From a virus (lineage: Duplodnaviria; Caudoviricetes): a DNA stretch of 42,570 nt. The position numbers and the translations under genes are program-made. The notes under the pieces were generated by a model. The model ran no database searches and had not been told where the DNA came from. It saw only the letters and a list, made by a program, of their open reading frames with translations. Every line of letters begins with the position of its first letter. Position 1 is the stretch's first letter. Below are positions 25,657 to 34,382 of this stretch, in pieces. The stretch is from IMG/VR virus record IMGVR_UViG_3300027994_000003, positions 1-42,570 of that record. One strand, written 5' to 3'.

Positions 25657-25925
25657 GCCGATGCTCCGCAAATGTCGCACGTCTCGCCAGCGGGCAGACG
25701 GCACTCGCCACAAGGCTCTTTGCCATCTTGGCGTCGAGGCTGGGGAAATGAGCAGGCTGAAAACGCGTCCAGGACGTCATCCAACGTCTGCGTATATTCC
25801 GCTGCCACCTTACGGACCTCGCAACCCGGCTGGCCAATATGATCGCGGGTGTAAGCGTGGTGCGCGCGAACGGCTTTTAGGTCGCCAAGCAACTTACGCA
25901 ATGTCGCGACGGGGAGGGGGCTCAT
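25653..25925 (-). CDS. Hypothetical protein with C-terminal Cys cluster
   Basis: PCGECRLPAGETCDICGA. Confidence 0.6.
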   Translation of the reverse strand: MSPLPVATLRKLLGDLKAVRAHHAYTRDHIGQPGCEVRKVAAEYTQTLDDVLDAFSACSFPQPRRQDGKEPCGECRLPAGETCDICGASA

Positions 25926-26137
25926 GCTGACACCAGCGCGCCGACGACGTACTCAGCGGCCCAGCCGGAGTGATCGTCGTGGTCGTAATCCATGCCCGCA
26001 TCGACACAGGCGTCGAGCAGGACGTTCGACTTGCGGATCCACGCGCGGGGATCGTCGCACGTCATGAAGTCGCCAGCGCGCAGGAACGCATCGAGCGCTC
26101 CGTCTACCGCTTCGAACTTTGAAAGGGTGGTCGCCAC
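25922..26137 (-). CDS. First gene of the leftward early operon, hypothetical
   Basis: GTG 26137 with RBS GGAGA downstream of PL. Confidence 0.55.
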   Translation of the reverse strand: MATTLSKFEAVDGALDAFLRAGDFMTCDDPRAWIRKSNVLLDACVDAGMDYDHDDHSGWAAEYVVGALVSA

Positions 26138-26175
26138 GTTCGTCTCTCCGCCGACCTGAGTGGCCGGTGAGGACG

Positions 26176-26226
26176 GGTATGTGGGATATTTCACACGCCG
26201 TCAATACGCCGCGTGGGAAATATCAC
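26176..26226 (-). promoter_or_regulatory. PL promoter with two operators (26181-26194, 26213-26226)
   Basis: TTGACG-N17-CATACC; GTGGGATATTTCAC and GTGGGAAATATCAC. Confidence 0.8.
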
Positions 26227-26227
26227 A

Positions 26228-26578
26228 TTATTTTTTGCAGCGGTACTCGCTACGCAGAGTGTCCGCGACCAGCTTGACGGCCGGACCCGACCAGCGGGTG
26301 GGGTTATCCTTAATCGCTTTCCGAACGAAGCGCGCCGAGATCGCTGTCCACGACCCTGTGCGCGGGCAGATCAAGCCACCGGCGGACAGCCCATCGGCAA
26401 CGCCCCATATGTACATATTGCATGGATCCGCCGCCAGCATGCCGTTCTCTGCCTCACAGAGGCTTGCCAACTCGCCGCCCGTAAGCGTCGTTAGTACATA
26501 GGTCTTCGAGTGAACTGCTGTCGGCCCGATCGCGAGTGCTATCGCCGCGGCATAATGAAGAGCACCGGAGCGGCCCAT
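26228..26578 (-). CDS. Rap1a/Tai4-like periplasmic immunity protein
   Basis: Signal-peptide-like N-terminus; TG.EL...C, C..YI.GVAD, ICP, NP and terminal Y.C pattern. Confidence 0.7.
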   Translation of the reverse strand: MGRSGALHYAAAIALAIGPTAVHSKTYVLTTLTGGELASLCEAENGMLAADPCNMYIWGVADGLSAGGLICPRTGSWTAISARFVRKAIKDNPTRWSGPAVKLVADTLRSEYRCKK

Positions 26579-27132
26579 ACAACCTCCACGTTTTCCATAT
26601 CGGCCGCGTTCAGAGATCGCAGCGTATATCTGTCTGGTTCGGTGCCTGGCGCGAGACGCTTCAGGTACGTGCCATTATCGGCAAGGTGCACAGCGCAGTA
26701 CTTGCCGAGATAATCGGGCAGAACGCCATCGTGGTCGCGTCGGACATAGATCACGTCGCCCGGCTCGTACTTCGGAAGCATACTCTCGCCCGCGACGACT
26801 AAAGCCATAAGCGGACCGGGCGCGAGGGGAGGGCGCTCGACCATCTCGAACTCGTGATCGTCCTTGAAGAACGCAATCGCGCCGCCCGCGCCAATCTGGC
26901 CTAACAGGGGCACGCGTTCCGACCCGTTCACAGACTCATATGGCAAATCGAGTGCTTCCGCGATTTTGTAGAGGGTCCCGATGCCGGGATTCTCGGTGCG
27001 TTGAATGAGGTCTCGAACGGACGTGACTGCCAAGCCGGCCGCGAGAGAAAGGCTGCGCGGGTTAAAACCCTTTGCTTCCATCTCGCGTGTGATCGTCTCG
27101 CGGATAGCTTGGATATTAGGTTTCGCGGGCAT
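26539..27132 (-). CDS. cI: CI-like repressor (HTH plus S24 autopeptidase)
   Basis: N-terminal HTH; IGAG cleavage site, GESM serine and YLKRL lysine; probable start ATG 27132. Confidence 0.9.
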   Translation of the reverse strand: MPAKPNIQAIRETITREMEAKGFNPRSLSLAAGLAVTSVRDLIQRTENPGIGTLYKIAEALDLPYESVNGSERVPLLGQIGAGGAIAFFKDDHEFEMVERPPLAPGPLMALVVAGESMLPKYEPGDVIYVRRDHDGVLPDYLGKYCAVHLADNGTYLKRLAPGTEPDRYTLRSLNAADMENVEVVWAAPVLFIMPRR

Positions 27133-27134
27133 GG

Positions 27135-27224
27135 GTGAAATATCCCACGAAAGCCGCGAAAGGCGGTAGGGTCGAAATATCCCACGCACGGCATCTTGAC
27201 CGTGGGAAATTTCACACATAGAAC
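27135..27224. promoter_or_regulatory. OR region: three operators (27135-27148, 27172-27185, 27202-27215) and PR
   Basis: Same 14-bp pseudo-palindrome as OL; TTGACC(27196)-N17-TAGAAC with an operator in the spacer. Confidence 0.85.
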
Positions 27225-27232
27225 AAGCGGCC

Positions 27233-27427
27233 ATGGAAGAGCTGCTATCCGATATCGAGACGTTCATCGCCGATCACGAGATCAGCGAATGGGCATTTGG
27301 CGAAGCCGCGTTGCGCGATCGTCACTTCATCCGCCAGTTGCGCGAGCAGCGCGAGCCGCGCCGCGCGACCGTGCAAAGGGTGCGCGACTACATGGCGTCC
27401 TACTGCGACCAGCAGGCCGCGGCATGA
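27233..27427 (+). CDS. cro: Cro-like repressor
   Basis: 64 aa, divergent from cI, directly after PR. Confidence 0.8.
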   Translation: MEELLSDIETFIADHEISEWAFGEAALRDRHFIRQLREQREPRRATVQRVRDYMASYCDQQAAA

Positions 27428-27429
27428 CG

Positions 27430-27663
27430 TCAATCGTGCATCTCGACCCGAAACTGCGGATGCCGCGGGCAGGCTCCGTGAAACGGGACAACCACCGTTT
27501 CTTGCCACCTATCATGCGCATCCAGCATCGCGCGCACCGCGTTATTGAGCCGTCGAACGCGCGCCAACGGGATCGCGAAGGACAGCCAGCGTCCGGCGAC
27601 GTGAAACACGCCGTCCCGAACTTCGAACTTCGGATCACGCCCAACGAACAGCTCCAGCAACAT
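27430..27663 (-). CDS. Antisense hypothetical protein (moron)
   Basis: ATG 27663 with RBS GGAG; protein-like composition. Confidence 0.45.
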   Translation of the reverse strand: MLLELFVGRDPKFEVRDGVFHVAGRWLSFAIPLARVRRLNNAVRAMLDAHDRWQETVVVPFHGACPRHPQFRVEMHD

Positions 27664-27902
27664 TCCACATCTCCCGCTCGGACAGGCCACTTACAGGCGA
27701 CAGGAGATGTCTGGCGGTGCCGGTACGCTGGCATCCGCTTTCCGCTCGCAGGGGTAAAGCTGCGCCGGTCCAAGCGGCTCGTAAATAGACAAATGTGCGG
27801 GCAAACCTTTAATATTGCTCGCCGTCTCGGTTCCGCTGGAACAGCAAGCTCCGTCGAGGCCGCCGCCGCGCCTATCGAGCAAGCCGCATGAGCGCTTGTC
27901 AT

Positions 27903-28388
27903 TCAGCGACGCCTAGCGCTGGGCGCGGGTTCCGAGCGAACGCCGCGCGTAACAATCTCCAGTCCGCAGGGATGGCAACGCAATATGTGCGTTCGGCCCA
28001 CATACAATATCTCCGGTATCAGGTACGACTTCTTCTTGGCGTGAAAGCAGTTGGGGCAAAGCCACTCGCCACTGTCGCCGTCTGGCTCCGTGCCTGTGCG
28101 GCGATAAGCGATCGGCCCGCGCCCGGTATTCGCCGGTTCATAGCCCGCCGCCTCTGCCGACCACTCTTCAAGCTCAACGATTTGCTGTTCGAGATCAGCT
28201 TTGCGTGCGGCCATCGCGCCCATCGTCTGTTGTGCATCGAGCAAGCTTTCTTGTGTGTTCAGCAGCAAGCTAAGCAGTTCCGTGCGCAGAGCCATGAGCG
28301 CGTTTTCGGTACGAACGCCGTCGATGGCCTTTACGAGATCCTTGGCGGCACTCAGGCTGCTGAACGCGCTGCTTATAACCTCGATCAT
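27903..28388 (-). CDS. Antisense moron: coiled coil plus C-terminal Zn finger
   Basis: Heptad-rich N-half; CPNC...CHPC. Confidence 0.7.
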   Translation of the reverse strand: MIEVISSAFSSLSAAKDLVKAIDGVRTENALMALRTELLSLLLNTQESLLDAQQTMGAMAARKADLEQQIVELEEWSAEAAGYEPANTGRGPIAYRRTGTEPDGDSGEWLCPNCFHAKKKSYLIPEILYVGRTHILRCHPCGLEIVTRGVRSEPAPSARRR

Positions 28389-28486
28389 GACTTTTCCCTC
28401 GCCGACGCTTTGGCGGCATCGTCACGTTCGGCCGGAGAAGAGTCAACGGTCCCTTCCCGCAACCGGATCGGGGTGGGGGCGGGGTG

Positions 28487-28654
28487 GTGAGCGGCACACG
28501 CGATCTTGCCAGCTTCACGCCGGATGAGCGCCGTGTGATTGCCAACAGGCATCATGGCTGGGAGTCCGCCTCGTTCGCGCTGCTGGCTAAGGTATTCGAT
28601 GCGCACTCGAATACGATAGCTGCGATATGTCGCGAGCAGGGTCGCGTGGCATGA
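28487..28654 (+). CDS. 55-aa HTH-like protein
   Basis: GTG 28487; LAKVFDAHSNTIAAIC; ATGA-coupled downstream. Confidence 0.5.
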   Translation: MSGTRDLASFTPDERRVIANRHHGWESASFALLAKVFDAHSNTIAAICREQGRVA

Positions 28655-28857
28655 TGCTCCACACCCTCGCCAGCGGTTTCGCCAACTGGCTCGCCCCCTA
28701 CGGCTGGGAGGCTCCCGATGGCTGGCACGTAGGCCCAGAGCCACTGACCGTCAGCTTCAACGAGTTCTCGGTCGCCGGCTTCGACGTGACGCTCAATCTG
28801 CTCCCTGAGGTCCGCGAAGTGTGCGTGCAACATCACGTCAAGCAGGAAAAGTCCTGA
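28651..28857 (+). CDS. Hypothetical protein
   Basis: ATGA/TGATG coupling. Confidence 0.45.
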   Translation: MMLHTLASGFANWLAPYGWEAPDGWHVGPEPLTVSFNEFSVAGFDVTLNLLPEVREVCVQHHVKQEKS

Positions 28858-29513
28858 TGTCATTCCCCGTCAGCCCCAAACGCAACCTGCCCACGCCTGA
28901 ACGGCTCCGAACCGTGCTGCGGCTCGACAATGGCGTATTCTACTGGCGACCGCGCACGATCGACATGTTTAGCACAGAACGCGCCTTTAAGGGGTGGACT
29001 ACCCGCTTCGAAGGTAAGCCGGTCGGGATGCGGCGTCACATCGGCTATGCGACTTTGAAGGTCGACGACGTCGGTTTGTACGCTCACCGCGTCGTTTGGG
29101 CCATGGAATACGGCGAGTGGCCTGCTGGCTTCATCGATCACATTGATGGTGACCGCGGCAATAATGACCTCAGCAATTTGCGAGATGTACCGCGGGTACT
29201 CAACCAGCGGAATATGTCTCGTTGCGCTGGCCATACCGGAACGCCTGGCGTCTACTGGTATCCCGAACGCCGCAAGTGGCGCGCCCATCTCACAGTGATA
29301 GGCGCACCAAGCCGCTCGGCTACCTTCGACAGTTATGAAGATGCCGCCGCCGCTCGCCGGCTCTGGATGTCGGAGCACGGCTTCACTGATCGCCACATCA
29401 ACAGCCCCGCGCACACTGCACTCCCAGGCCAGCACGCAGAGCAGCGCTCGGACGTGGTCGCGGAAGGGGCGGGGGAGCGGTTCCAACAAACTCATAATGG
29501 GGTTGATAAATGA
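28857..29513 (+). CDS. HNH endonuclease with AP2-like C-terminal domain
   Basis: AHRVVW, IDHIDGDRGNN..NLR and GVYW....KWRA motifs. Confidence 0.85.
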   Translation: MSFPVSPKRNLPTPERLRTVLRLDNGVFYWRPRTIDMFSTERAFKGWTTRFEGKPVGMRRHIGYATLKVDDVGLYAHRVVWAMEYGEWPAGFIDHIDGDRGNNDLSNLRDVPRVLNQRNMSRCAGHTGTPGVYWYPERRKWRAHLTVIGAPSRSATFDSYEDAAAARRLWMSEHGFTDRHINSPAHTALPGQHAEQRSDVVAEGAGERFQQTHNGVDK

Positions 29514-29965
29514 TGGGTGAGAATTCGTCAGTGGACGACATCGGTTGCGTCAGCCCCGATCGTGTTCGCGAGCGCGTCGCCGCGGTGCTTCGTGTAGCCC
29601 AGCAAGCCGGCCTGTCGGATGAGACGCTGGAGAGCCTGTCGGGCATCAAGGCGCGGCGCATCAAATCGTACCGGGTCGAAGGCAAGATGCCGTCCCTGGA
29701 CGCGGCTCTGTCGCTGGCGGTCGCGATCGGGCCTGCTGCCGTGAACAGCATCCTGTCGCTCATCAATTACGCAGCGCGCCCGCTGGACGATCCAGACGCC
29801 GTACAGCCGATGCAAATGGTGGCGGACGGCATGAAGCACTTCGCTGTTATCGCCGACGCTGCTGCTGACAACCGGATCGATCACACCGAGGCGGAACGCA
29901 CGCGCGTTGCGGCGGACGGGATTATCGCCACGTTCCTTCCTCTGTCGAGCGCGGGGCGGGCATGA
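29510..29965 (+). CDS. HTH regulator, CII-like position
   Basis: HTH-like LESLSGIKARRIKSY; AADNRIDHTE motif. Confidence 0.55.
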   Translation: MMGENSSVDDIGCVSPDRVRERVAAVLRVAQQAGLSDETLESLSGIKARRIKSYRVEGKMPSLDAALSLAVAIGPAAVNSILSLINYAARPLDDPDAVQPMQMVADGMKHFAVIADAAADNRIDHTEAERTRVAADGIIATFLPLSSAGRA

Positions 29966-30600
29966 AGCGCGTCTCCGCACCTCGCATTCGCGCCACGCAG
30001 GATGAGCTGAACGCCATCCGCGAGCAGGTAGCGCTCGGCAAATCCGCCTCGCAGATCGGCGAAGCGATGGGCCGCACTAAGCGCAGCATTGTTGGGCTGG
30101 TCAAAGGACATAATCTCGGCCCGTGGCGGTCGAAGCACGGCCACGCGCCGGGTTCAGTGGATTGGATCCCCACGGACCTCGAGCAGCACTGGCATCTGAT
30201 GAACCAGGCCGCGCTCGCCAAGCATTACGGGCGATCAGCGAGTACGATCAGTCTTTGGGTTCGCCGGATGGGGCTCGTCCGGACGGCGGAAAAGCGCTTC
30301 GTCCCCGTGTCGCCAAAACAGCGTGCCAAGCCAAAACCCGTTGCTCCAGTTAAGCGCCCACTCGCCAGCCACGGCGGCGGACACAAGCCGGCACAGTTCG
30401 AGGCACCGCAGCGCGATATGTCGCCGGTCGGACTTGCGGTGGAATACCTGCGCCGGCTGTCCGCGGTCTATCGCTGCACCGAAACAGGCCGCGCTGACGT
30501 CGCCGGTCAGTTCTGGCGGCGCGGGAACAGCGTGCTGACCGATGTCGATGTGATCGAGCGGGCGGACTGGCTGCGGTCGCGTGAACGGCGGGCGGCATGA
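29962..30600 (+). CDS. GcrA-like HTH protein
   Basis: GKSASQIGEAMGRTKRSIVG plus a second HTH. Confidence 0.55.
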   Translation: MKRVSAPRIRATQDELNAIREQVALGKSASQIGEAMGRTKRSIVGLVKGHNLGPWRSKHGHAPGSVDWIPTDLEQHWHLMNQAALAKHYGRSASTISLWVRRMGLVRTAEKRFVPVSPKQRAKPKPVAPVKRPLASHGGGHKPAQFEAPQRDMSPVGLAVEYLRRLSAVYRCTETGRADVAGQFWRRGNSVLTDVDVIERADWLRSRERRAA

Positions 30601-30803
30601 GGGCCAACGCATCCCGCTACCCCGACAAGCGCATGACGCAGGCGCAGGCCAAGACGCAGCTCATGCTGCTGCTGGAAAACTGCACCGATAGCGCGTTGGC
30701 TGGCTTCACCCCGGATCGTCTGGCGGCGACGCATAACGTCGATCGCAAGGACGCAGAGTACGCGCTGATTATCCAGCGCCAGCGTCGAACGGCGCGCGGG
30801 TGA
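30597..30803 (+). CDS. Hypothetical protein
   Basis: Coupled chain. Confidence 0.55.
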   Translation: MRANASRYPDKRMTQAQAKTQLMLLLENCTDSALAGFTPDRLAATHNVDRKDAEYALIIQRQRRTARG

Positions 30804-31240
30804 ACGCGTTCGCACATATCGCCAGCGAAGATTTGCGCGCTAAGCCGGTCGCGCGGTTCATCGTGGAGCCGAAGGACAAGGGCGACGCATCGGAAGCCTC
30901 GCGCCAGGCCGGGTTTCGCGATGACCTGAAGTTCGTCTCGCGCGGCATCAAATCTTGGGGCGTGCCGAACGCTGGCAAACGCGGGTTCAAAGCCCAGGCA
31001 CGCGCGAAAAAAGAGGGCCTGACCGCTGGCGTTTTCGACGAGCATTACCGCGCCGCAGGCGGGTGGTTCGCCGCGCTGGAGTGGAAAGACGGGGACGGCG
31101 ATCTCTCCCGCGAGCAAATCGAGTGGGGCAACGACATGCTCGACTGCGGTTTTCACGTCGCTTGCGTGCGCACGTCGCCTTTTGCGCTGGAATTGTTCCG
31201 CCAGTGGGGCGCGCCGATCGTGGAGCGCGTGGGCCTATGA
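30800..31240 (+). CDS. VRR-NUC-like nuclease / resolvase
   Basis: VPNAG, KEGLTAGVFD, LEWK and LS.EQ..W motifs. Confidence 0.75.
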   Translation: MNAFAHIASEDLRAKPVARFIVEPKDKGDASEASRQAGFRDDLKFVSRGIKSWGVPNAGKRGFKAQARAKKEGLTAGVFDEHYRAAGGWFAALEWKDGDGDLSREQIEWGNDMLDCGFHVACVRTSPFALELFRQWGAPIVERVGL

Positions 31241-31557
31241 ACGCCATCACCACCATCCGCGTCGATGAATCGACACTCGAGCGCGCGCACCGTGCCGCTA
31301 TCCGCGTGCATTGCCCGGGCTGCGACGAGTTTGAGATGGCCGCGCGCGTCGATCTGGCCACGATCCGCGACCAGGCGACGTTCGGCATGGCCCGCGCGAC
31401 TGACAGCGCCGCGGTGCTGCTCGGAGAGGTCGCGAAGCTCGCTGGGCACGCCGTGTTCGCCCAGCAGCCCGCCAGTGCGCTGATCCGCATAAAGACGGCT
31501 CTAACCCTCACGATGTTGGCGGCACGGTCTGTAGACCGGGTGACGCGGGATGGATGA
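31237..31557 (+). CDS. Hypothetical protein
   Basis: ATG 31237, ATGA coupled. Confidence 0.55.
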   Translation: MNAITTIRVDESTLERAHRAAIRVHCPGCDEFEMAARVDLATIRDQATFGMARATDSAAVLLGEVAKLAGHAVFAQQPASALIRIKTALTLTMLAARSVDRVTRDG

Positions 31558-33013
31558 CGATATGGGTGGCGACGACATCAACGCGTATTGGGATAGCTTG
31601 CCGGAGCCTGAGGTTGACGATTGGTCGCCGCGGCTGCGCGTAGTGGACGAGACGTATCAGCCGGTCGAACGAGACCCGTTGCCGCTGGTCGATCCCTCGA
31701 CATGGGCAGGCCAGGAACCCCCTGAGCGCCGCTGGCTGGTCGATAGCATGGTGCCATTCGCGCAAGCCTCGCTGCTCACTGGCGCTGGTTCGGCCGGTAA
31801 GTCGCTGGTCGCGCAACTTATGGCGACGTGCGTTGCGCTCGGGCTGCCGTGGCTGGGCACCGCAACCGAACAGGCCGTGTCGATCTATATCAGCTGCGAG
31901 GATGACGAAGCCGAGCTCTGGCGGCGCCAGAAAGCGATTTGCGAGGGCCTAGGCGTCTCGCTGGAGGATTTGAGCGGCAAGCTGTTCCTGTTGTCCCTGG
32001 CGGGCTCGCTGGACAACGAATTGGCGACGTTCGACCATGCCGGACGTATTTCCGTCGCCGATCGTTTCCGCGACATTCAGGACGCCACGGCGCGGGTCGA
32101 AGCGCGGTTCTTGGTGCTCGACAACACAGGCCATTTCTTCAGCGGCAACGAAAACGATCGCCACCAGGTCGCGTCGTTCGTCAATCTCGCCAACGGCCTT
32201 GCCCAGACGATCGGCGGGAGTGTCGTGATCATCGGGCACCCGAACAAGGCCGGCGGCGAATATAGCGGCTCTACGGCTTGGGAGAACCAGGTCCGGTCGC
32301 GTCTGTTCATGGAAATCCCGACGAACGACGACGGCGCGGTAATCGAGCCCGATGTGCGCGTCATCCGTCGCAGCAAGTCCAACTATGCGCAGAAGGGCGG
32401 TGATCTCCGCTTCATGTGGCACAAATGGACCTTCGTGCTGGAGACGGAAGTACCGGAGGAACAGCGCATCGACGTGCGCGATATCGGCCAGGCGAACCAC
32501 GAAAACGAATGCTTCCTGAATTGCCTGGCAAAGGCCACCAGCTCGCGACGCGCGGTCAGCCACGTCAATGGCATCAACTATGCCCCGCGCATCTTCGCCC
32601 ACATGCCTGAAGGCAAAAAGCTGAAGGAGGAAGCGTTCCGGGCGGCGATGGAAAGGCTGATCAGCCTGGGCCGGATCGAGCTCGAAGCGAACCTTTGGAA
32701 AGGCCCAAACCGGCACTGGAAAACGGGAATTAAGGACGTCGGCACGTGCGCCAACCCCCCCCAAGAAATGGCGGAAAACCGTGCGCCAACCCCTGCGCCA
32801 ACCCCCTGCGCTGACCCGCGCCAACCCCCTAGCCAAGTCATTGAAAACATTGCGCCGACCCTGCGCTGCGCTGACCCCCCCTATACTACGTATAGGGAAG
32901 GCGGGCCTTTGGAGGCCCCGCCTTCCTGGCTTGATGAAGCACCACCCGCGTCGCCCGATGATTACGGCTCTGGCGACTGGCGCGACAATCCGATTTTGGG
33001 AGGTACCCGATGA
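31550..33013 (+). CDS. RepA-type (AAA_25) replicative helicase
   Basis: Walker A GAGSAGKS, Walker B LVLDN, H..K and SGSTAW...VRSR motifs. Confidence 0.88.
   Translation: MDDDMGGDDINAYWDSLPEPEVDDWSPRLRVVDETYQPVERDPLPLVDPSTWAGQEPPERRWLVDSMVPFAQASLLTGAGSAGKSLVAQLMATCVALGLPWLGTATEQAVSIYISCEDDEAELWRRQKAICEGLGVSLEDLSGKLFLLSLAGSLDNELATFDHAGRISVADRFRDIQDATARVEARFLVLDNTGHFFSGNENDRHQVASFVNLANGLAQTIGGSVVIIGHPNKAGGEYSGSTAWENQVRSRLFMEIPTNDDGAVIEPDVRVIRRSKSNYAQKGGDLRFMWHKWTFVLETEVPEEQRIDVRDIGQANHENECFLNCLAKATSSRRAVSHVNGINYAPRIFAHMPEGKKLKEEAFRAAMERLISLGRIELEANLWKGPNRHWKTGIKDVGTCANPPQEMAENRAPTPAPTPCADPRQPPSQVIENIAPTLRCADPPYTTYREGGPLEAPPSWLDEAPPASPDDYGSGDWRDNPILGGTR
32747..32897 (+). repeat. Iteron-like repeats and palindrome (putative replication origin)
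   Basis: Seven GCGC(C/T)(A/G)ACCC copies, then CCCTATAC-TAC-GTATAGGG. Confidence 0.65.
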
Positions 33014-33177
33014 CGAAACCAGCGGCAGCCACGACCGGCCTCACCCCGTTCCTAGTCGCCCTGATGGGCACGCCACGCGAACGCCTTACCCGCGCCAACC
33101 CCGCCAAGCTCGCCTCGAAATACGAGATCCCCGAGGATTGGGCTCGCTACTACCTCAACGATTGGACACGCCGATGA
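33010..33177 (+). CDS. 55-aa hypothetical protein
   Basis: RBS GGAGG; ATGA coupling at both ends. Confidence 0.6.
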   Translation: MTKPAAATTGLTPFLVALMGTPRERLTRANPAKLASKYEIPEDWARYYLNDWTRR

Positions 33178-33563
33178 CCCGCGAACAACGAGCTGAGAGG
33201 GGAGGGGTGCGCGAAGCCGATATGGTTGATCGTGTGGCCGAAGCGATCGCTGGTAAGTGCGAATGCCGGGAAGAAGACTGGCTGCGGAATGAGCAAGCGC
33301 GCGCCGCTATGACCGCGATGCGCGACCCAACCAACATCATGTGGGATGGTCTGGCTCGGTCGATCATGATGTGGCTGGATATGCAGCCGCGCACTCCACG
33401 CATGCTGTTTCAACATTTGAAGCGGACAGGTGTCGCGGTTCCACAGTGGCTGCGTGACGAGCCCGAAATGAAGCGCCTGGATCATGTGCCAAGCAAGGGC
33501 ACCCGTTGCGTGCTGATCTACCGCGCCATGATCGACGCAGCCCTTCAGGACGATGTGGCATGA
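33174..33563 (+). CDS. Hypothetical protein
   Basis: ARAAMTAMRDPT..M and YRAMIDAAL phage motifs. Confidence 0.6.
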   Translation: MTREQRAERGGVREADMVDRVAEAIAGKCECREEDWLRNEQARAAMTAMRDPTNIMWDGLARSIMMWLDMQPRTPRMLFQHLKRTGVAVPQWLRDEPEMKRLDHVPSKGTRCVLIYRAMIDAALQDDVA

Positions 33564-33781
33564 CGAAAGAGGAACGTGCGCGCACCACTTGGGGCATGGC
33601 GACGGGCGAGTATCTCGATCCCGAAGGTCTCGCCGCCATGCTGGCTTTTGCGGATGAGGAGCTGGAGCGGGCGGCGAAGGTGGCGGTTGCCTTCGGAGAC
33701 CCCATTGAAGCGACCGACCACGAAAACCGCTGCTTTGGGCATATCGCCACCGCCATCCGCTCGATGAAGGGGGAAGGGTGA
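33560..33781 (+). CDS. Hypothetical protein
   Basis: ATGA coupled. Confidence 0.55.
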   Translation: MTKEERARTTWGMATGEYLDPEGLAAMLAFADEELERAAKVAVAFGDPIEATDHENRCFGHIATAIRSMKGEG

Positions 33782-33948
33782 TGCGAGGGATCCTGATCAG
33801 CATCATCACGGTCGCGGCGTTTACAATCATTGAGCACGTGTTCGGTCGTTCGGCTTCGACCTGGACTGCCGTGGTGGTCTTGGCGTTCGCGCTCGGTCTG
33901 TTCTGGGGTGCTGGCAAGGATGCTGGCGAACGGGAGGGAGCCGAATGA
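33781..33948 (+). CDS. 55-aa two-TM membrane protein
   Basis: MRGILISIITVAAF...VVVLAFALGLFW; coupled at both ends. Confidence 0.55.
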   Translation: MRGILISIITVAAFTIIEHVFGRSASTWTAVVVLAFALGLFWGAGKDAGEREGAE

Positions 33949-34382
33949 CCGACATCCCCGCCGCCGCCCTGTCGCACGCCCCCGCCGGCACCACGATCAC
34001 CGGCACCGAGCGCATGTCCGATGCCTTCACCAAGTATCACCTGAGCGATGGGCGCGCGCTGCATCACTTCACCCAGGGCGAGCCGGATGCTGAGCCGCAT
34101 GATCATCCGTGGTCGTTCGAGACGACGATCTTGGCAGGCGGGTATGTGGAGGAGGTGTTCTGGCTGACGGACGATGATGGTCGCGGATGGGCCAGCGCGT
34201 TCGTGAATAGGCCCGATGAAACGAAGCATCGTCTGTTGGCTGAGCACATTCACCGCATCGTTTCGCTCCCCGAGGGCGAATGCTGGACGCTGGTGCGCGC
34301 CGGGCCTGTGGAGCGCGAGACACGCTTCTGGCGCTTCGGAGAGCGGGTGGAGTCTAGGGCGCATAATGAGGGGTGGGGTTGA
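33945..34382 (+). CDS. Cupin-like protein
   Basis: LHHF...PHDHPW...GGYVE...HRI. Confidence 0.7.
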   Translation: MTDIPAAALSHAPAGTTITGTERMSDAFTKYHLSDGRALHHFTQGEPDAEPHDHPWSFETTILAGGYVEEVFWLTDDDGRGWASAFVNRPDETKHRLLAEHIHRIVSLPEGECWTLVRAGPVERETRFWRFGERVESRAHNEGWG

